From Balanoglossus misakiensis (lineage: Eukaryota > Animalia > Hemichordata), in NCBI GenBank assembly GCA_040954595.2, contig CM082589.2:10552894-10616893 (forward strand): a stretch of DNA of 64,000 bases, given 5' to 3'. The position numbers and the translations under genes are program-made. Each line of letters starts with the position of its first letter. The stretch's first letter is position 1. A model generated the notes under the pieces. It was given only the letters and a program-made list of their open reading frames with translations. It was not told where the DNA came from and made no database searches. Shown piece by piece: positions 1 to 11,456 of this stretch.

Positions 1-329
1 AGACCATTTGCTGTGTGTACAGTACACATGCCATTGGCCGCTTATGGGTCAGCCAGTGTTTGCCTGTTAATCTCTCGATGTGTGTTATTCTGTCTGTACA
101 GTCAGATCGCACGGTACTCATTAACATATGTTAATGAGGGAAAGTACTTCAAACCATGTAGCTGTTAGAGTGGGCCCCGCTGAAGGGTCGCAAAATAGGC
201 CATTTTTTACGCGACATTATAGAGCTGATTTCAGGCGAGGAGGACTGTGTACAAAATTGAGTATAGACAACTCAGGTTTTAAAGGATGTTTCATCATTTC
301 CACTGTGTCAACGTCACTACATCCTTGCT

Positions 330-1883
330 ATGAGAAAAAGCCATCCCTTGTGTACTTCGTGCTTATCACGGGCAAACAATTTGTTTAAAATCCCTGATTT
401 TGAAATGGTGCAAACATTTCACCAACAAACTAACACACCATTTGCCCTTACTCAAGACAGCCTGATTTGTTTGAAATGTTATAAAACATTTGTTGCTTTA
501 GCGGAAAAAGCCAGGTGTAGTATTCAACAAGGCTTAATTATGTCGAGTGATATAGCACTTGCTGAAGAAATTAAAAAATATGTCACAATGCTACAATAAA
601 GGATGCAGCTGTGACGACGACTTGGTGAATTTTGCATGCTGGAAAACTGTTGTCTTTTTAGGAGAAGTGCTCCTCAGAAAACATGCCATTCTATTGTTTG
701 ATGTCAGGCAATATTTCAATGATTGTTTAGACAATGAATATCAGACTTTGCGACCCAATGTCAAGTTACAACGAGTGGAATTCCACAGAAAACCTAATAG
801 CTGGCTTATTCGGGAATTGCTATGTGTGTATTTTCCAATTCACCTTTCTGTTGTATCAAAAGTGAGTAGAAAGTTCTCCACCTTTTTGTACCGAACAGGT
901 TCAGATCTCACTATTGCCCTCCAAAATGCACTTGTCGAACATCCTCAGTATGTTGTGCAAGCTGAGAAACAGATAGAGAGGCTTGAAAAGCAAGTAAGAG
1001 ACTTGAGTAAAGTTGACGTTGACTTTTTCAAAATGCTTGATTTGGTGGCTGTGAAATTAAATGCCAGCATTTATCAGCAATCTCAAGAATTCAGTAATTA
1101 CTGCAAAACAAACAATGTTGATCTGAGTACACTTGATGTTGAATATATTGTCAGTGAGGTTGACCCTATGTTATGGAACACTGTTGTATATTTAACGTTG
1201 AACAACAGTGAACGCAATAAATTAAAAAGCTCCAACTTTGTATGGAATAAACACAACTATGGATTTTATGACCGGCACTCTATGGAGAGTAGAGCATGAT
1301 TCCTCAGGCGTTTCTTTTGTGTGTATGCTATTGTTCATTTGTTCTGATCATTGTACTTACCCATTGCATACTTACCTGGCTGACATTGTTGAAGGTTATA
1401 GTAGGTCATCTACTCTAGTGAAAATTCTAAATTGATTTGGTATTATTTGTTCTGGAGATACATTGCATAGATACATGTTGGGAGTGATCAACAAAAGAAC
1501 ATCAGCTGATTTCACAGAGGAAAATATTGCAAATAATGCATTTTGTTTAACTTCCATTGACAATATTGATAAATCAGCTAAATATGCAGCTGTTAGAGCT
1601 GATCCAAAGGACAGAGGTTTCCACGGTACTTCTTATCGAATGGTCCAACCAAAATCAAAGTCAATTCTGAACAGTATTGATGATATTGTTTTTGGCAGTC
1701 ATGACAAACATTCAACTGTCAAAGATTTTCAGCTAATCAACATTTATGGTGATGGAAGGTGCTTTTTCAGGAGCATCTCTGTGAGAAATGATTTTGCATT
1801 ACGAAATTGTGATCGTCTACTTAATGGACTCCCTTCTGACCCAATTTTAGCTGACCGAGAGAAAATATTCACAGACAAGTTAA
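330..1883 (+). pseudogene. Academ-like ORF N-terminal part: CxxC..CxxC zinc finger, first catalytic DNID motif and OTU-like protease N-half
   Basis: CTSC..CLKC in ORF 330; SIDNID/FHGT and IYGDGRCFFRSI in ORF 1463; frameshifts between ORFs 330, 559 and 1238. Confidence 0.7.
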
Positions 1884-2464
1884 GACGTGCGCGTCCTGTA
1901 ACCACAGTAACTGGATCGAACGCTAAAAATCCAATGTTTTGTACACAGAGATTTTGTACCGTTCACGAAAATCCCTAAGGCTTTTTTCATAGGCCACGTA
2001 CGCCAGTCAAATTTGACCTGCTTGTTGAGAACGTACTTCCGCACAGTGTGACGGATCGTTTTTTTCTGTTTTCGTCGTGCTAAGAAGCGATACCGGTGGA
2101 AGAGTGCGTCCAAAAACACCCAAAATCGATGACTTTTTCAGATGTGGTACGGGTATGCTGAAATCGTAGGATACAACGATAATATTCGAAAACAAAATCC
2201 GTCACGATCTTCCCTGGTTCAAGCAACTAATGAATACGTATCAAGTTCGTTTTTGAGGTCACGGAATAAAAAGCCTTAGGCTTTTGAAATTTGACCTAGC
2301 TAATTTGCATATCAATGGCGTCAGGGGGCGCGCGCTCACAATCGTGCAGATTTTCAACTAGTTACCAGCCCCTTGTTAGACTCTGAAAACGGCTTAGTCC
2401 AAATCGGGGTGTAATGTCCTATAAAGGCCCATAGCAACGAGCAAAAAGATCCTAGGGACCCATC
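1884..2464. mobile_element. 581-bp TTAA-flanked non-autonomous insertion (Kolobok-type; possibly a solo long terminal direct repeat)
   Basis: TTAA at 1880-1883 and 2465-2468; GA..TC (RR..YY) termini; CpG-richer than flanks; perfect 13-bp internal inverted repeat cctaaggcttttt (~1974) / aaaaagccttagg (~2268-2280). Removing it joins ...TDKL to KHLAGFNHK... in frame. Confidence 0.6.
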
Positions 2465-2798
2465 TTAAAACATCTGGCAGGGTTCAATCATAAAGGGGGA
2501 ACTTCGGAAACCCTAGTTCAGTGTACAAATTTCAAGCTAACTCATCGCTTCCCAACACAAATTTGGGAACGTATGTTTAGATGTCTTGTCAATTCCTTTT
2601 TGAATCAGAGGGGTGAAACCCATAATACCCAGCACTGTCCCTTAGATACAGAAACAGTCCAAAAATGTTTACTAGAAGCTGTCACAAAATGTTTGGAATG
2701 TACTGAAGATAAAGCTGATCATATTGACAAAATTAATGGTGACCTTAAGGCTCAACTTACTGGCTTGCAAGAGGAATTTCAGATTTTTTGTGACAGAA
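2465..2798 (+). pseudogene. Academ-like transposase fragment (LKHLAG..NFKLTHRF..WERMFRCLVNSF..EEFQIFCDR)
   Basis: Open frame from 2465 running into ORF 2573; continues in frame at 3419 once the 2799-3413 insertion and one TSD copy are removed. Confidence 0.7.
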
Positions 2799-3413
2799 CA
2801 TAGTACGATATTTTACCCACAAGTCTCCGTTATTTGTATCATCGAAGGTTGCCCATTTAATAACTTTTTCTGTTTTAGATACTAACAATGATATGAAGTA
2901 CATATAAATCTATTTATTTTTATCTAGGAAAAGTACGTTGAGGAATTAGAATGTAAATTTCAAAATCAAAATTTAAAAGCCATAGAAATCAAAGTATCAA
3001 TGTACTGCAAATGTCACACTTTAGGGGAAACAAGCAATGACTAACTGAGGTGGCCAGTCTCTGTTGAAAGTTAACATGTAAATTTCCATTGTTCTGTCAA
3101 TAGAAAAAATCAATATCTTTTTGTTTGATTAAACAGGTTTTACAAGTGACCCTGTTTTACTCCAAACTTTTTTGTATGGCTGGCTATGCAATTGCTTGAT
3201 TATTTTATAAAATTCGTATCTCCTCTCTCAATAATGCATAATTTTCTAAATCATTTGAAATGGTAATTGACAATAAGATTCACCTTAAAAGTAAGATCTC
3301 AAAATTTATATTAGTGGTGTACAATTCTCTCTACACATGTTAACTTTGCCTGGTTTGACTGAGTAAATGATTGTACAAATCAGAATGAATCATGGGATAT
3401 TTCTCGTACTGTG
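2799..3413. mobile_element. 615-bp non-autonomous Transib-like DNA transposon
   Basis: Perfect 5-bp TSD CAGAA (2794-2798, 3414-3418); imperfect TIRs CATAGTACGATATTTTACCCA versus (reverse complement) CACAGTACGAGAAATATCCCA; excision restores FCDRRANTDKTFKFW. Confidence 0.75.
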
Positions 3414-4000
3414 CAGAAGGGCAAATACAGACAAAACTTTCAAATTTTGGGTTAGATTTATAGAGGACGATTTGTTTGCATACATGTCTTTGTACATTGC
3501 AATAAGGTCAGGAAATTGGAACCTTCGAATATTGGCTTTGAAACAAATGAACCCACTGTTCCATGCATATGACCGATCCCTGTACTTGAGGTTAATTCCC
3601 AGACATCTCGCTGACCTTCTGAAGATGCCAAACTCTCTGTTGTTACATTTCAAAGCAGGTGGTTTTGTTTGCAATTTGTCAGGCTCAACTTGGGTTAATG
3701 TAGCACTAGATGAAGCCCATGAAATGTGTGTCAATAAAGATGTTAAAGCTGCATTGCATACTTCTACAGGTGGGTTAATGGAGAGAATAGCAATTTATTT
3801 ACCCTATAGAGCTATGGCTGCCAAGAATCTAAAAGATCAGTTATTTCCTTTCCAAAATGAAACCCATAATTCAGTTAGCGTACATAAAATAAATGAGTCA
3901 AACTGCAGGTTGTATATCAATTGTCTTGAAGGTGCTGATGTATTTTCACCACTTAATACCGCCAGGGAGCTAACTAATATATTTTCAGATGACACAGCGA
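3414..4000 (+). pseudogene. Academ-like transposase fragment including the distal catalytic region (VALDEAHE)
   Basis: ORF 3367-4080 core: FKFWVRFIEDD..RSGNWNLR..AYDRSLY..GGF..VALDEAHEMCVNKDVK; the ORF's C-terminal KNSVKDTVVPF runs into a repeat terminus. Confidence 0.75.
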
Positions 4001-5085
4001 AAAATAGCGTCAAGGACACTGTGGTCCCATTTGAGGATTATGTAGAAACAGTGACACACCAGAATAAAAATTACAGGTGACATTGCAAGCAGATATGATC
4101 TTACGATATAGAAATATGGAATGTAAAAACATTAACAAGGAACATGCCCAAAAATTGACCAAAAATTGTCTGTACAAACACATATGAGAAGCAACTTCTT
4201 TCAGTCAGCCCTGGAACAGACAGACAGACAGACACACACACACACACACACACACACACTGACCTGCCACTGGTAATTAAAAATTTAATAGCCCATGGTC
4301 TCTCTGACAGCTGGCTTATTGAAGTTATGTAAACATGTCTAAGTTGGGGGTAACGACTCCTTGTAAACAGTAACTTTCAAAACAACTGGATAATTGGTTA
4401 AGGAGAAGATTTGCTAACCAAAAACAAAGAAACTTTCATAAAAACTCGCTAAATATTGAATATTTCTGATATCAGAATTGAATAAAAGTTGCACATATAC
4501 ATGTATGTGTTATGAAATTATATCCCAAATTTCAAAGCAATCAGAGAAAAAACAAATTTCAAAGCAATCAACAAGCAGTTTCACAAAAGATATTTGTTCA
4601 AAAGTGGCAAAAACACAAAATTGTACAATACCTTACCTCAATCACTACAAGGAACATGCTGCCAAAGTTCTATGCAATATGACAAACAGTTTCAGGAAAA
4701 CAATTTTTGACAAAAATTGCAAAAGTTTCCCCGATAACACATTTATGAAAATATCACATTTTTTACAACATATTACTTGACTTACACCTACGAACATGCC
4801 TACCAAATTGCAAAGCAATCTGGCATGCGGTTTTAAAGAAAAATAAATTGACCAAAAATGGCAAATATTGCTCAAAATTATAAATATGCAAATTTTGCAA
4901 CAATTTGAACAAAACTATGGTTACTCAGACAACCATTAGGAAGCTTCATGCTAAATTTCAAAGAAGTAAGCCCATCACTTTCAGAAATGAAGACTTTTTA
5001 CTAATAACATGGAAAAATACAAAAAAATGCATAAAAAATAGGTAATCAATAATATTAGCTCAAAACATACATCAATTGTAAGCCA
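4001..5085 (-). mobile_element. Helentron-associated (HINE/DINE-1-like) non-autonomous repeat(s) replacing part of the Academ ORF
   Basis: Terminus aaaaatagcgtcaaggacac shared with ~9330 and (inverted) ~8200-8229; (ACAG)n(AC)n microsatellite ~4216-4259; degenerate internal repeats with caaatttcaaagcaatc motifs. Boundaries approximate. Confidence 0.5.
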
Positions 5086-5087
5086 AA

Positions 5088-6497
5088 CAAGAGAAAACTA
5101 GTGAACTTCTTGTCAGCCACATCTTTAAAAATAATTGTGCCGGCTCTGCAAGGTGATCAGGTCCTCATTACAGCAGGTGGCTTTGATGGAGAAAATAGGG
5201 ACAAGAATCTTTTCGTTGGTAGTAATGGAATTGTGTCTGAGTGGGAAGCCAAAAGTTGTCATGAAGAAGCTGACAGTAGATGCATCCTTCATGCAGTTCA
5301 GTCCTCTTACAAGAAAGGTGTTATTTACTCCCCTGATACCGATACTTATCATGTTCTCCTCCCAGTACTATATCAACATGTTCAAAAGGAGATATTTGTA
5401 CAACTTGATAATGATTTATCAAATCTCACTTATTTAGACATGAATCAATTCAAATCAGATTTAAATTTAGACCCTGATTTGCAACATATTCCCCTCCAAT
5501 ATTTAGGCAAAATATTTCAAACACTGTTCATATGCACAGGTTGTGACTATACTTTGCAGGCATCGGAAGGAAATCTTTCTACAAGACATTTTTTCAATAC
5601 TCTGAATTTATAACTAGTGGCACCCTTATACCTGGAACACTGATAGACACAACAGTAGACAGTGTAGGGAATGGAATTTTCGCTTTCATACGTTTAAAAG
5701 GTAGTGTTTATGTTAAGAAACATTTCCAAGCATTTGATGCATCTCATCCTTTTGAACTTTATCGACAAGTAGCCAGTGTCACTAACAGTCTTAAAGATAA
5801 CCACATCAAATGGCTTACATATATACGAGAAACAATTTGCCCACGTATCCAGTATGAGGAAGAATGTATCCCTTCCTTTGAAGCCCTACAACTGCACTGG
5901 AAAAGATCATGCTGGGTCTCTCAGTTATGGTCCCAGGCCGATCAGTGCCATGTTACGTTTCCCTTATTCAATAATTATGGATACAGACTAAGCAACGGCG
6001 AACTTGATATTATTTAGGACAGTGATGCCAATTTAGAAAAAGTGAAAAATAATTTGGAGTTGCTAACAAAAGGGTGTGGCTGCAAAAAGATGCCAACTTG
6101 TAATAGCAGATGTTGTAAATGTTATAAGACCCACAATGGTTGTGGCCCTGCGTGTCGATGTAATGACTGCAGTAATCCACATAATGGGAATCCTGGATTC
6201 TGTACCACATCGAAAAAGTATGGGGTATGCCCAAAATATACAGATAAGTCACCACTATTAGAATCACCATCACCAATCACTGATACTGAACATCATAATA
6301 TGGAAAATAGCGTTGATGCAATTTTACAGGAGTCACATGAATTTGACATTTTAAGAGAAGAAGAGGGAAATATTTACGAGACTGATTCTGACTTTGACGA
6401 ACTGACTGATGAATATAACTGGACGGAAGAAAAACAAACTGATTATTCAAAGAATGGTGATTGTGATTCCAATGATGGTGACTGTGATGACATTTAA
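5088..6497 (+). pseudogene. Academ-like C-terminal region: XPG/FEN1-like (PIN-fold/H3TH) nuclease, CXC finger and acidic tail
   Basis: KRKLVNFL..AGGF..HEEADSR..SPDTD..TGCDY; frameshift near 5550; TAG near 6015; Cys cluster in ORF 6042; stop at 6497. Confidence 0.8.
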
Positions 6498-6669
6498 TGA
6501 ATCATCAAAGAAATTGATTTGGTCTTTTGGGGGTTGCAGCCCTGTTGTGGTTTCAGTCATACCTTTTCAATCGCACCCAGTGTGTATGTGTTAATTTCAG
6601 ACATGGTTACTATAACCGTGTTCCAAACAATCACCATTTTATCCGCTTGACACTGCGGTAACACAACGA

Positions 6670-7345
6670 TCACTTCTTTGTCCTCTACTTTTTAATATGT
6701 ACACTTCTCCATTAGGGAAATTAGTTTCTAGTCATGGATGCCTGTATATAGCTTTTATGCAGATGGCTCTTCATTGTCTTTTACCAACGAGAATGCTCCC
6801 AGAATGCTTTATGCGGTACTGGATGTCTGAAAATGTCTTGTGTTTAAATAACGATAAGACTGAATTTGTTATTTTTTCTGCTACTTCGGGTAATCTATCT
6901 GCCAGAGGGATTACAGAAATTCATGTGATGCTCTGAAACCTGTTCATTGTCTGACAATGATTGCACAGATCTGCCATTCAGTCGCTTTTCATTTGCAGCA
7001 TATTGCACTTGTCTGTAAATATTTATCTCAAGCCGCCACAGAGCAATAAAGTTCCTGCTTTTGTTGCATTTCGAATAGATTTGTGTAATTCACTTTTATT
7101 TGGGCTCCCTAAGTACGAGATCAGTCGTATTCAAGTTCAAAATATTGCTGCTAGTTCCAAAATCACCTTTTACATCAATGCAATTTCAGTTGCATTGGTT
7201 ACCTGTGTCTGATCGTATTGTTTTCAAGATGTTATTTCTTATTTTTGAATTCATTCATAGACTTGGACCATCATATCTGTCTGATATGATCAAATTATAT
7301 GTTCCAAATCGAAACTTGAAGTCAGCTGATCAGCTCAAACTCTGT
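6670..7345 (+). mobile_element. Degraded L2/CR1-group LINE reverse transcriptase 3' fragment
   Basis: Frameshifted motifs YTSPLG..(F)YAD, WMSEN.L.LNNDKTEF, RIDLCNSLLFGLP, LHWLPVSDRIVFK..P.YLSD..YVPNRNLKS. Confidence 0.8.
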
Positions 7346-8318
7346 CATGTTCAGCCCAATGCAATGATGACAACAAAAGTCAAAACAAAATTGCTTGCCT
7401 TCAGACACAAATATTTATTGCACATATCATCAGCGAATAAAGGGAAATGGTTTCGAAGTTACAGTTGGCATTTTGCATATTCGAAACATCTACTTATATC
7501 CCAGGCCATGATACGGAGAAAAAAAAATACACCAGCTGTGCTCCTCACACGTACGTAGTCATGTATGGTAAACCTGGCATTCTGTCCATATGGGACCTAC
7601 ATTTGTAGGCGATTGATCGATGTTGTGTCGAAATCAGGCCAGTAATTAAGTTAAAACTTGGCTAATATGTTACCTTAGGGTGTTATCCATTATCCAGTAA
7701 CTGTTTTACTTAAGAATTGCCTTTCAAAGACTGTTTCCCCATGGTAAACTTATCGTTTCACGATCAATGCAACACTTCCTGTTACGCAAGCATTTCAAAT
7801 TAATTTCTTTTCACGGATGTTGGGACCGATATTAGACCTCTCTATCAGGAAAGTTTGGTTACTTTCTGAGGTCGTTTTCAAATGATTTTTGACACGTTTG
7901 TGGACGTCTCTTTCGGGGTCACCAACATACCACCGAAAACACGTTAAAAACTTTTACTATTACCACAGATTTTCATAAAATTTACGTATGCAGTGAAAAA
8001 TGGGAATCACTTTCGTAATTTATCCAGCTAACATGGTATTTTATTGCACAACAGAGCGTAAAAATCAAGTTGAAAATCACCTTGAAAACTGGCCTATTTC
8101 CGTCTGTTTGAAAGTTAACGGTCGCTCGCTTGATGAACTTTCATATGCAAATGAGCACCGTGCGATCTGACTGTGTATATGTACTCCGTGTAGACTGAAT
8201 GGGACCACTGTGTCCTTGACGCAATTTTTTACACTTATCAGGTATATGTTGACTAACACAAGCCAAAATATCACCAACTCATCTGAGAAATCTTATCCCA
8301 GGTCCTAAGGTTGTGAGA

Positions 8319-8725
8319 TTAATAGAATCTCACACTCCCAAGGACTAGGGGTCATAATTCTGACATGAGTTGGGGATTTTATGTCCCACACAAGCCGCAG
8401 GCGAGTGTGGGACAAAATATCCCTGACGAGTGTGGGAAATATGATCATAGGTCCTTTGTGTATGAGATTATATTTCTCACACGGGCACAAATTAGCTAAA
8501 TTCGTCTTAAAACATTGAATAAATGACTCTTGAATTGTCATCTGGCATGTAGTTTCTTTATCGTGTCATTGGATAACATTTAGCGCACGTTATTAAAAAA
8601 CGCTTTGTCATCCAATCGGCGCTCGCGTCATATACAGCTTTCGATTCAGTGAGTGTGTGGGATTGATTTGTTCTCACACTCTGATCCCACACTCTCAGCA
8701 TGCCAGGAGTGTGAGAATCTATTAA
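8319..8725. mobile_element. ~400-bp inverted-repeat element with TTAA ends and an internal hairpin (Crypton-like or other MITE)
   Basis: ttaatagaatctcacactcc (8319-8338) versus ggagtgtgagaatctattaa (8706-8725), 19/20 match; internal hairpin tgtcccacac-aagccgcaggcga-gtgtgggaca (~8382-8414). Confidence 0.7.
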
Positions 8726-9042
8726 GATCTACGAGTTTGAAATCTTAGGTGAAGATTTTATCAATTTCACTGCCAACCATGTAGGGCATACTGGGATATG
8801 TGTACATGCCAAAGCACAAACAGTTATGACCTGACAGCTCAGTTTGTAGATCATTTCTACAAATCCACAAAGAAACTCAAAGTTTAGAAAAGTCAGGCCT
8901 GTTAGAAATATTATAAATATCACTGTTAATACTAATTTCAAAGCCATGTGAATTTGTTCACTTTATGGAAATTTTTAAAGGAAGGGAGGATTGGTATTGA
9001 CTTGAATAATTACAACGGATGTTTTTTTCTCTCTATTTTCAG

Positions 9043-9162
9043 ATGTGAATGAGTGTTCAGATTCTGTTTGTGCTGGAGGTTTTCTCAATGCAGAGGGTGG
9101 ATTCAGCTGTAGTTGTGGTGATGATGGTTTCTCTCTGAGTGCAGAGCATGTCAATTGTTTAG
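9043..9162 (+). CDS. Calcium-binding EGF-like exon (phase 1-1), third Cys lost; may be pseudogenic
   Basis: Polypyrimidine tract + ttttcag acceptor, gtaatt donor; DVNECSDSVCAGGFLNAEGGFSCSCGDDGFSLSAEHVNCL. Confidence 0.8.
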
Positions 9163-11020
9163 GTAATTTTTTTTTGAGTGGGGAGGGGATAGGTCAACAA
9201 TGGATTTGCATTTCCTGCTTCAAAAGGGCGCTTACAGAAGTTGTAAGTGACAGACTTTACAGTCAGTCACCATGTTAAAACAGAAAATAATTAAAAGTTA
9301 TCAGGCACTTTCCATAGTTAGAAATTTAAAAAAATAGCGTCAAGGACACCTGGTGCTCTCTCAGTGTGTAGTGGCTGATGAGCAGCATGTTTGGAGAACA
9401 GTGGTTTGGTATATGGGTGAAAGGAACAATTTGCAAACACCAAGGTGAAATGCTGAACTGTTTTGCTCATGTAATATTGAATGAAGCTTGATAAGGTGGG
9501 TGCTTGGCAGAGGGAAAAACCACTTGTCAATGGCTCTAATAACTGTTTTAAATTTAGTCTTAAAATGGCCCGCACACACAAATGGCCTCACACAAATATA
9601 TTCTGTCATTTCCCTCTCAGATTTTGTATCTTATGTTATACTGATGGAATTCATTGTGTATTGTCGTATCAAATTGCACCAGTGCAAGCTATGAGAAATG
9701 TGTTTTGAAAAAAAAACAGTGCAAGTAGAAGCACTAGTCTAAACGTGAAAGAAATATATTTTGAAAAAAAATATCAGACAGCATTCAAGATCAGCTTAAG
9801 TGTTTTGATAAAAAGTTCTCCATTTTCAAGTATATAGGTAATGTCATGTGCTGACTATAGTAGTGTAGGTGTTAGCAAAAAAATACATGAATTGTTCAAA
9901 CAGAAAGTTCAATCATTTAGTTTCCCCAGTTTATGGGAGCATAGCAGTTGTGAACATAGTATATGAAATAATTTTAAAAAGTCATTGCTCTCTGGTCCAT
10001 CATTTTCGGTAGAAGTGACCTGATTTCACATCAATAGTTTCCCACCTGTCATTTCCAGCTAATTTCATGTAGAACAAAACTCTTATACAACATAATGACA
10101 TTTCTAGAACTTATTTTTGCTGGTTGGGCCCACAGACTAACACTAGTCGTTCTAAAAAGAAACTTCCATAACAACCTGTACGCTTGACGCGTTCAAGTCA
10201 AGGCACACCTAACCAATTCAAAATATGCAAATTAGAAAAAGACGCATATGCATTATTTGTGTCCCCAGAGACACACACAGGAAATCAAGCGAGTGCGGCC
10301 ACTAGCTGGAAGAGCTGAATTCAATGTATTGCCTTACAATGTTCATGATACAGGGGGGGGGGGGGGGTGATGATCAATGAACAGAACAGCGGTCCAATTT
10401 CACGCATTGTAGTGCACTGATCGTGGCAAGTTGATCATGGCAAAACAAATGACGATGTTAGATAGCAGTTCTTCACAAGTTTGACCAATTTGTATGAAAA
10501 TCGTCTCGCCAAACACAACTGTTTTCTCGCGGGTAGTGAAAACACTGCTGGCTAATCCGTTCCGATTTCTGTCACTGTTCCAATTCTTCCTCAACACCTC
10601 AAAGCTACACACCACCGCCAAAAACATAAAGCTACACACCCCTACTAGAAAATGGTATGAATTCTTGACGGACGGAAGTAGTTTGACAGACGGAAGTAGT
10701 AGCTCATACCCAACTTGACAGACTCCTCTGTTTACACTTCGGAGCCAAAACAATGAGTTTGTTGTCTTATGCATGATATTTTTGGCTTTCAAACACTACC
10801 TTGTTAAATGTTATTTGGTTACTACATTGTTTGTTTATCAGTATTCAGTACTGGTACAGATAAACATATGATATGACCAAGTTGTATGCCAGATGATATT
10901 TATTAAGTTTCACACAATTTTGCTCTCTTGTCGTATATTTTCAAATGTCCACTCAAAGACAACTGTAATTCACATGTATTCATTCTAATACATTTTATGA
11001 TATTTGTGTTTTCCCTGCAG

Positions 11021-11130
11021 ATGACAATGAGTGCGATCAAGCTGGTTGGTCACCATGCCAACGAGTATGTTACAACACACCAACCAGTTACCAGTGTGGT
11101 TGCAGACCAGGATTCAACATACATGCGTTG
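11021..11130 (+). CDS. Calcium-binding EGF-like exon (phase 1-0), ends before the sixth Cys
   Basis: ttccctgcag acceptor, gtgagt donor; DDNECDQAGWSPCQRVCYNTPTSYQCGCRPGFNIHAL. Confidence 0.75.
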
Positions 11131-11271
11131 GTGAGTATCTACAATTTGGAGAGAAAGTAAGATGTATGGGTTTGTACTTAGTGTCTTATACATGTATATA
11201 TGACACTGAAATCATATATTGTACAATCAGTCATTGGTAAATGTCGGCTATTCATGACACAAATCAACATA

Positions 11272-11456
11272 CAGTCAAACCTGTTTGAGTGGCCACCTCT
11301 ATTAGGCAGCCACCTCTATATAGTGGCCACTTTATTCTAGTCCCTGTGCAATTTACATCTACATTAATTGACTTTCTACAAGGTATAATGGCCACTTATC
11401 TATAAAGGCCAGTTTAGAAAAGTCCCTTCACTAGCCATAATGAGCAGGTTTGACTG
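11272..11456. mobile_element. Tc1/mariner (pogo/Tigger-like) MITE
   Basis: TIR cagtcaaacctg / caggtttgactg; TA on the left flank; internal gtggccac repeats. Confidence 0.7.

Larger units (their letters stand above)
330..6497 (+). mobile_element. Degraded Academ (AcademX-type) DNA transposon coding region: transposase + XPG/FEN-like nuclease + C-terminal Cys-rich (CXC/Cys8) finger, split by nested insertions
   Basis: Collinear motifs on the + strand: LADIVE..S..LVKILN*FG, SIDNID..FHGTS..VQP (ORF 1463), LKHLAG..NFKLTHRF..WE (from 2465), LYIAIRSGNWNLR..M..LFHAYDR..Y and VALDEAHEMCVNKDVK (ORF 3367), HEEADSRCILHA/SPDTD/TGCDY (ORF 5101), then after a frameshift FAGIGRKSF..PSFEALQLHWKRSCWVSQLWSQA, and GCGCKK..CNSRCCKC..CGPACRCNDCSN (ORF 6042). 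Frameshifts and in-frame stops (TGA 1433-1435, TAG near 6015). TIRs not identified. Confidence 0.8.

Noticed and set aside
5101-5613. Host FEN1/XPG/GEN1 gene
   Set aside because: Intronless, collinear with transposase motifs and a CXC finger, and frameshifted, so it fits the Academ nuclease domain.
1-6640. Terminal inverted repeats of the Academ element
   Set aside because: No convincing TAG..CTA inverted pair found; the left end may lie outside the window.
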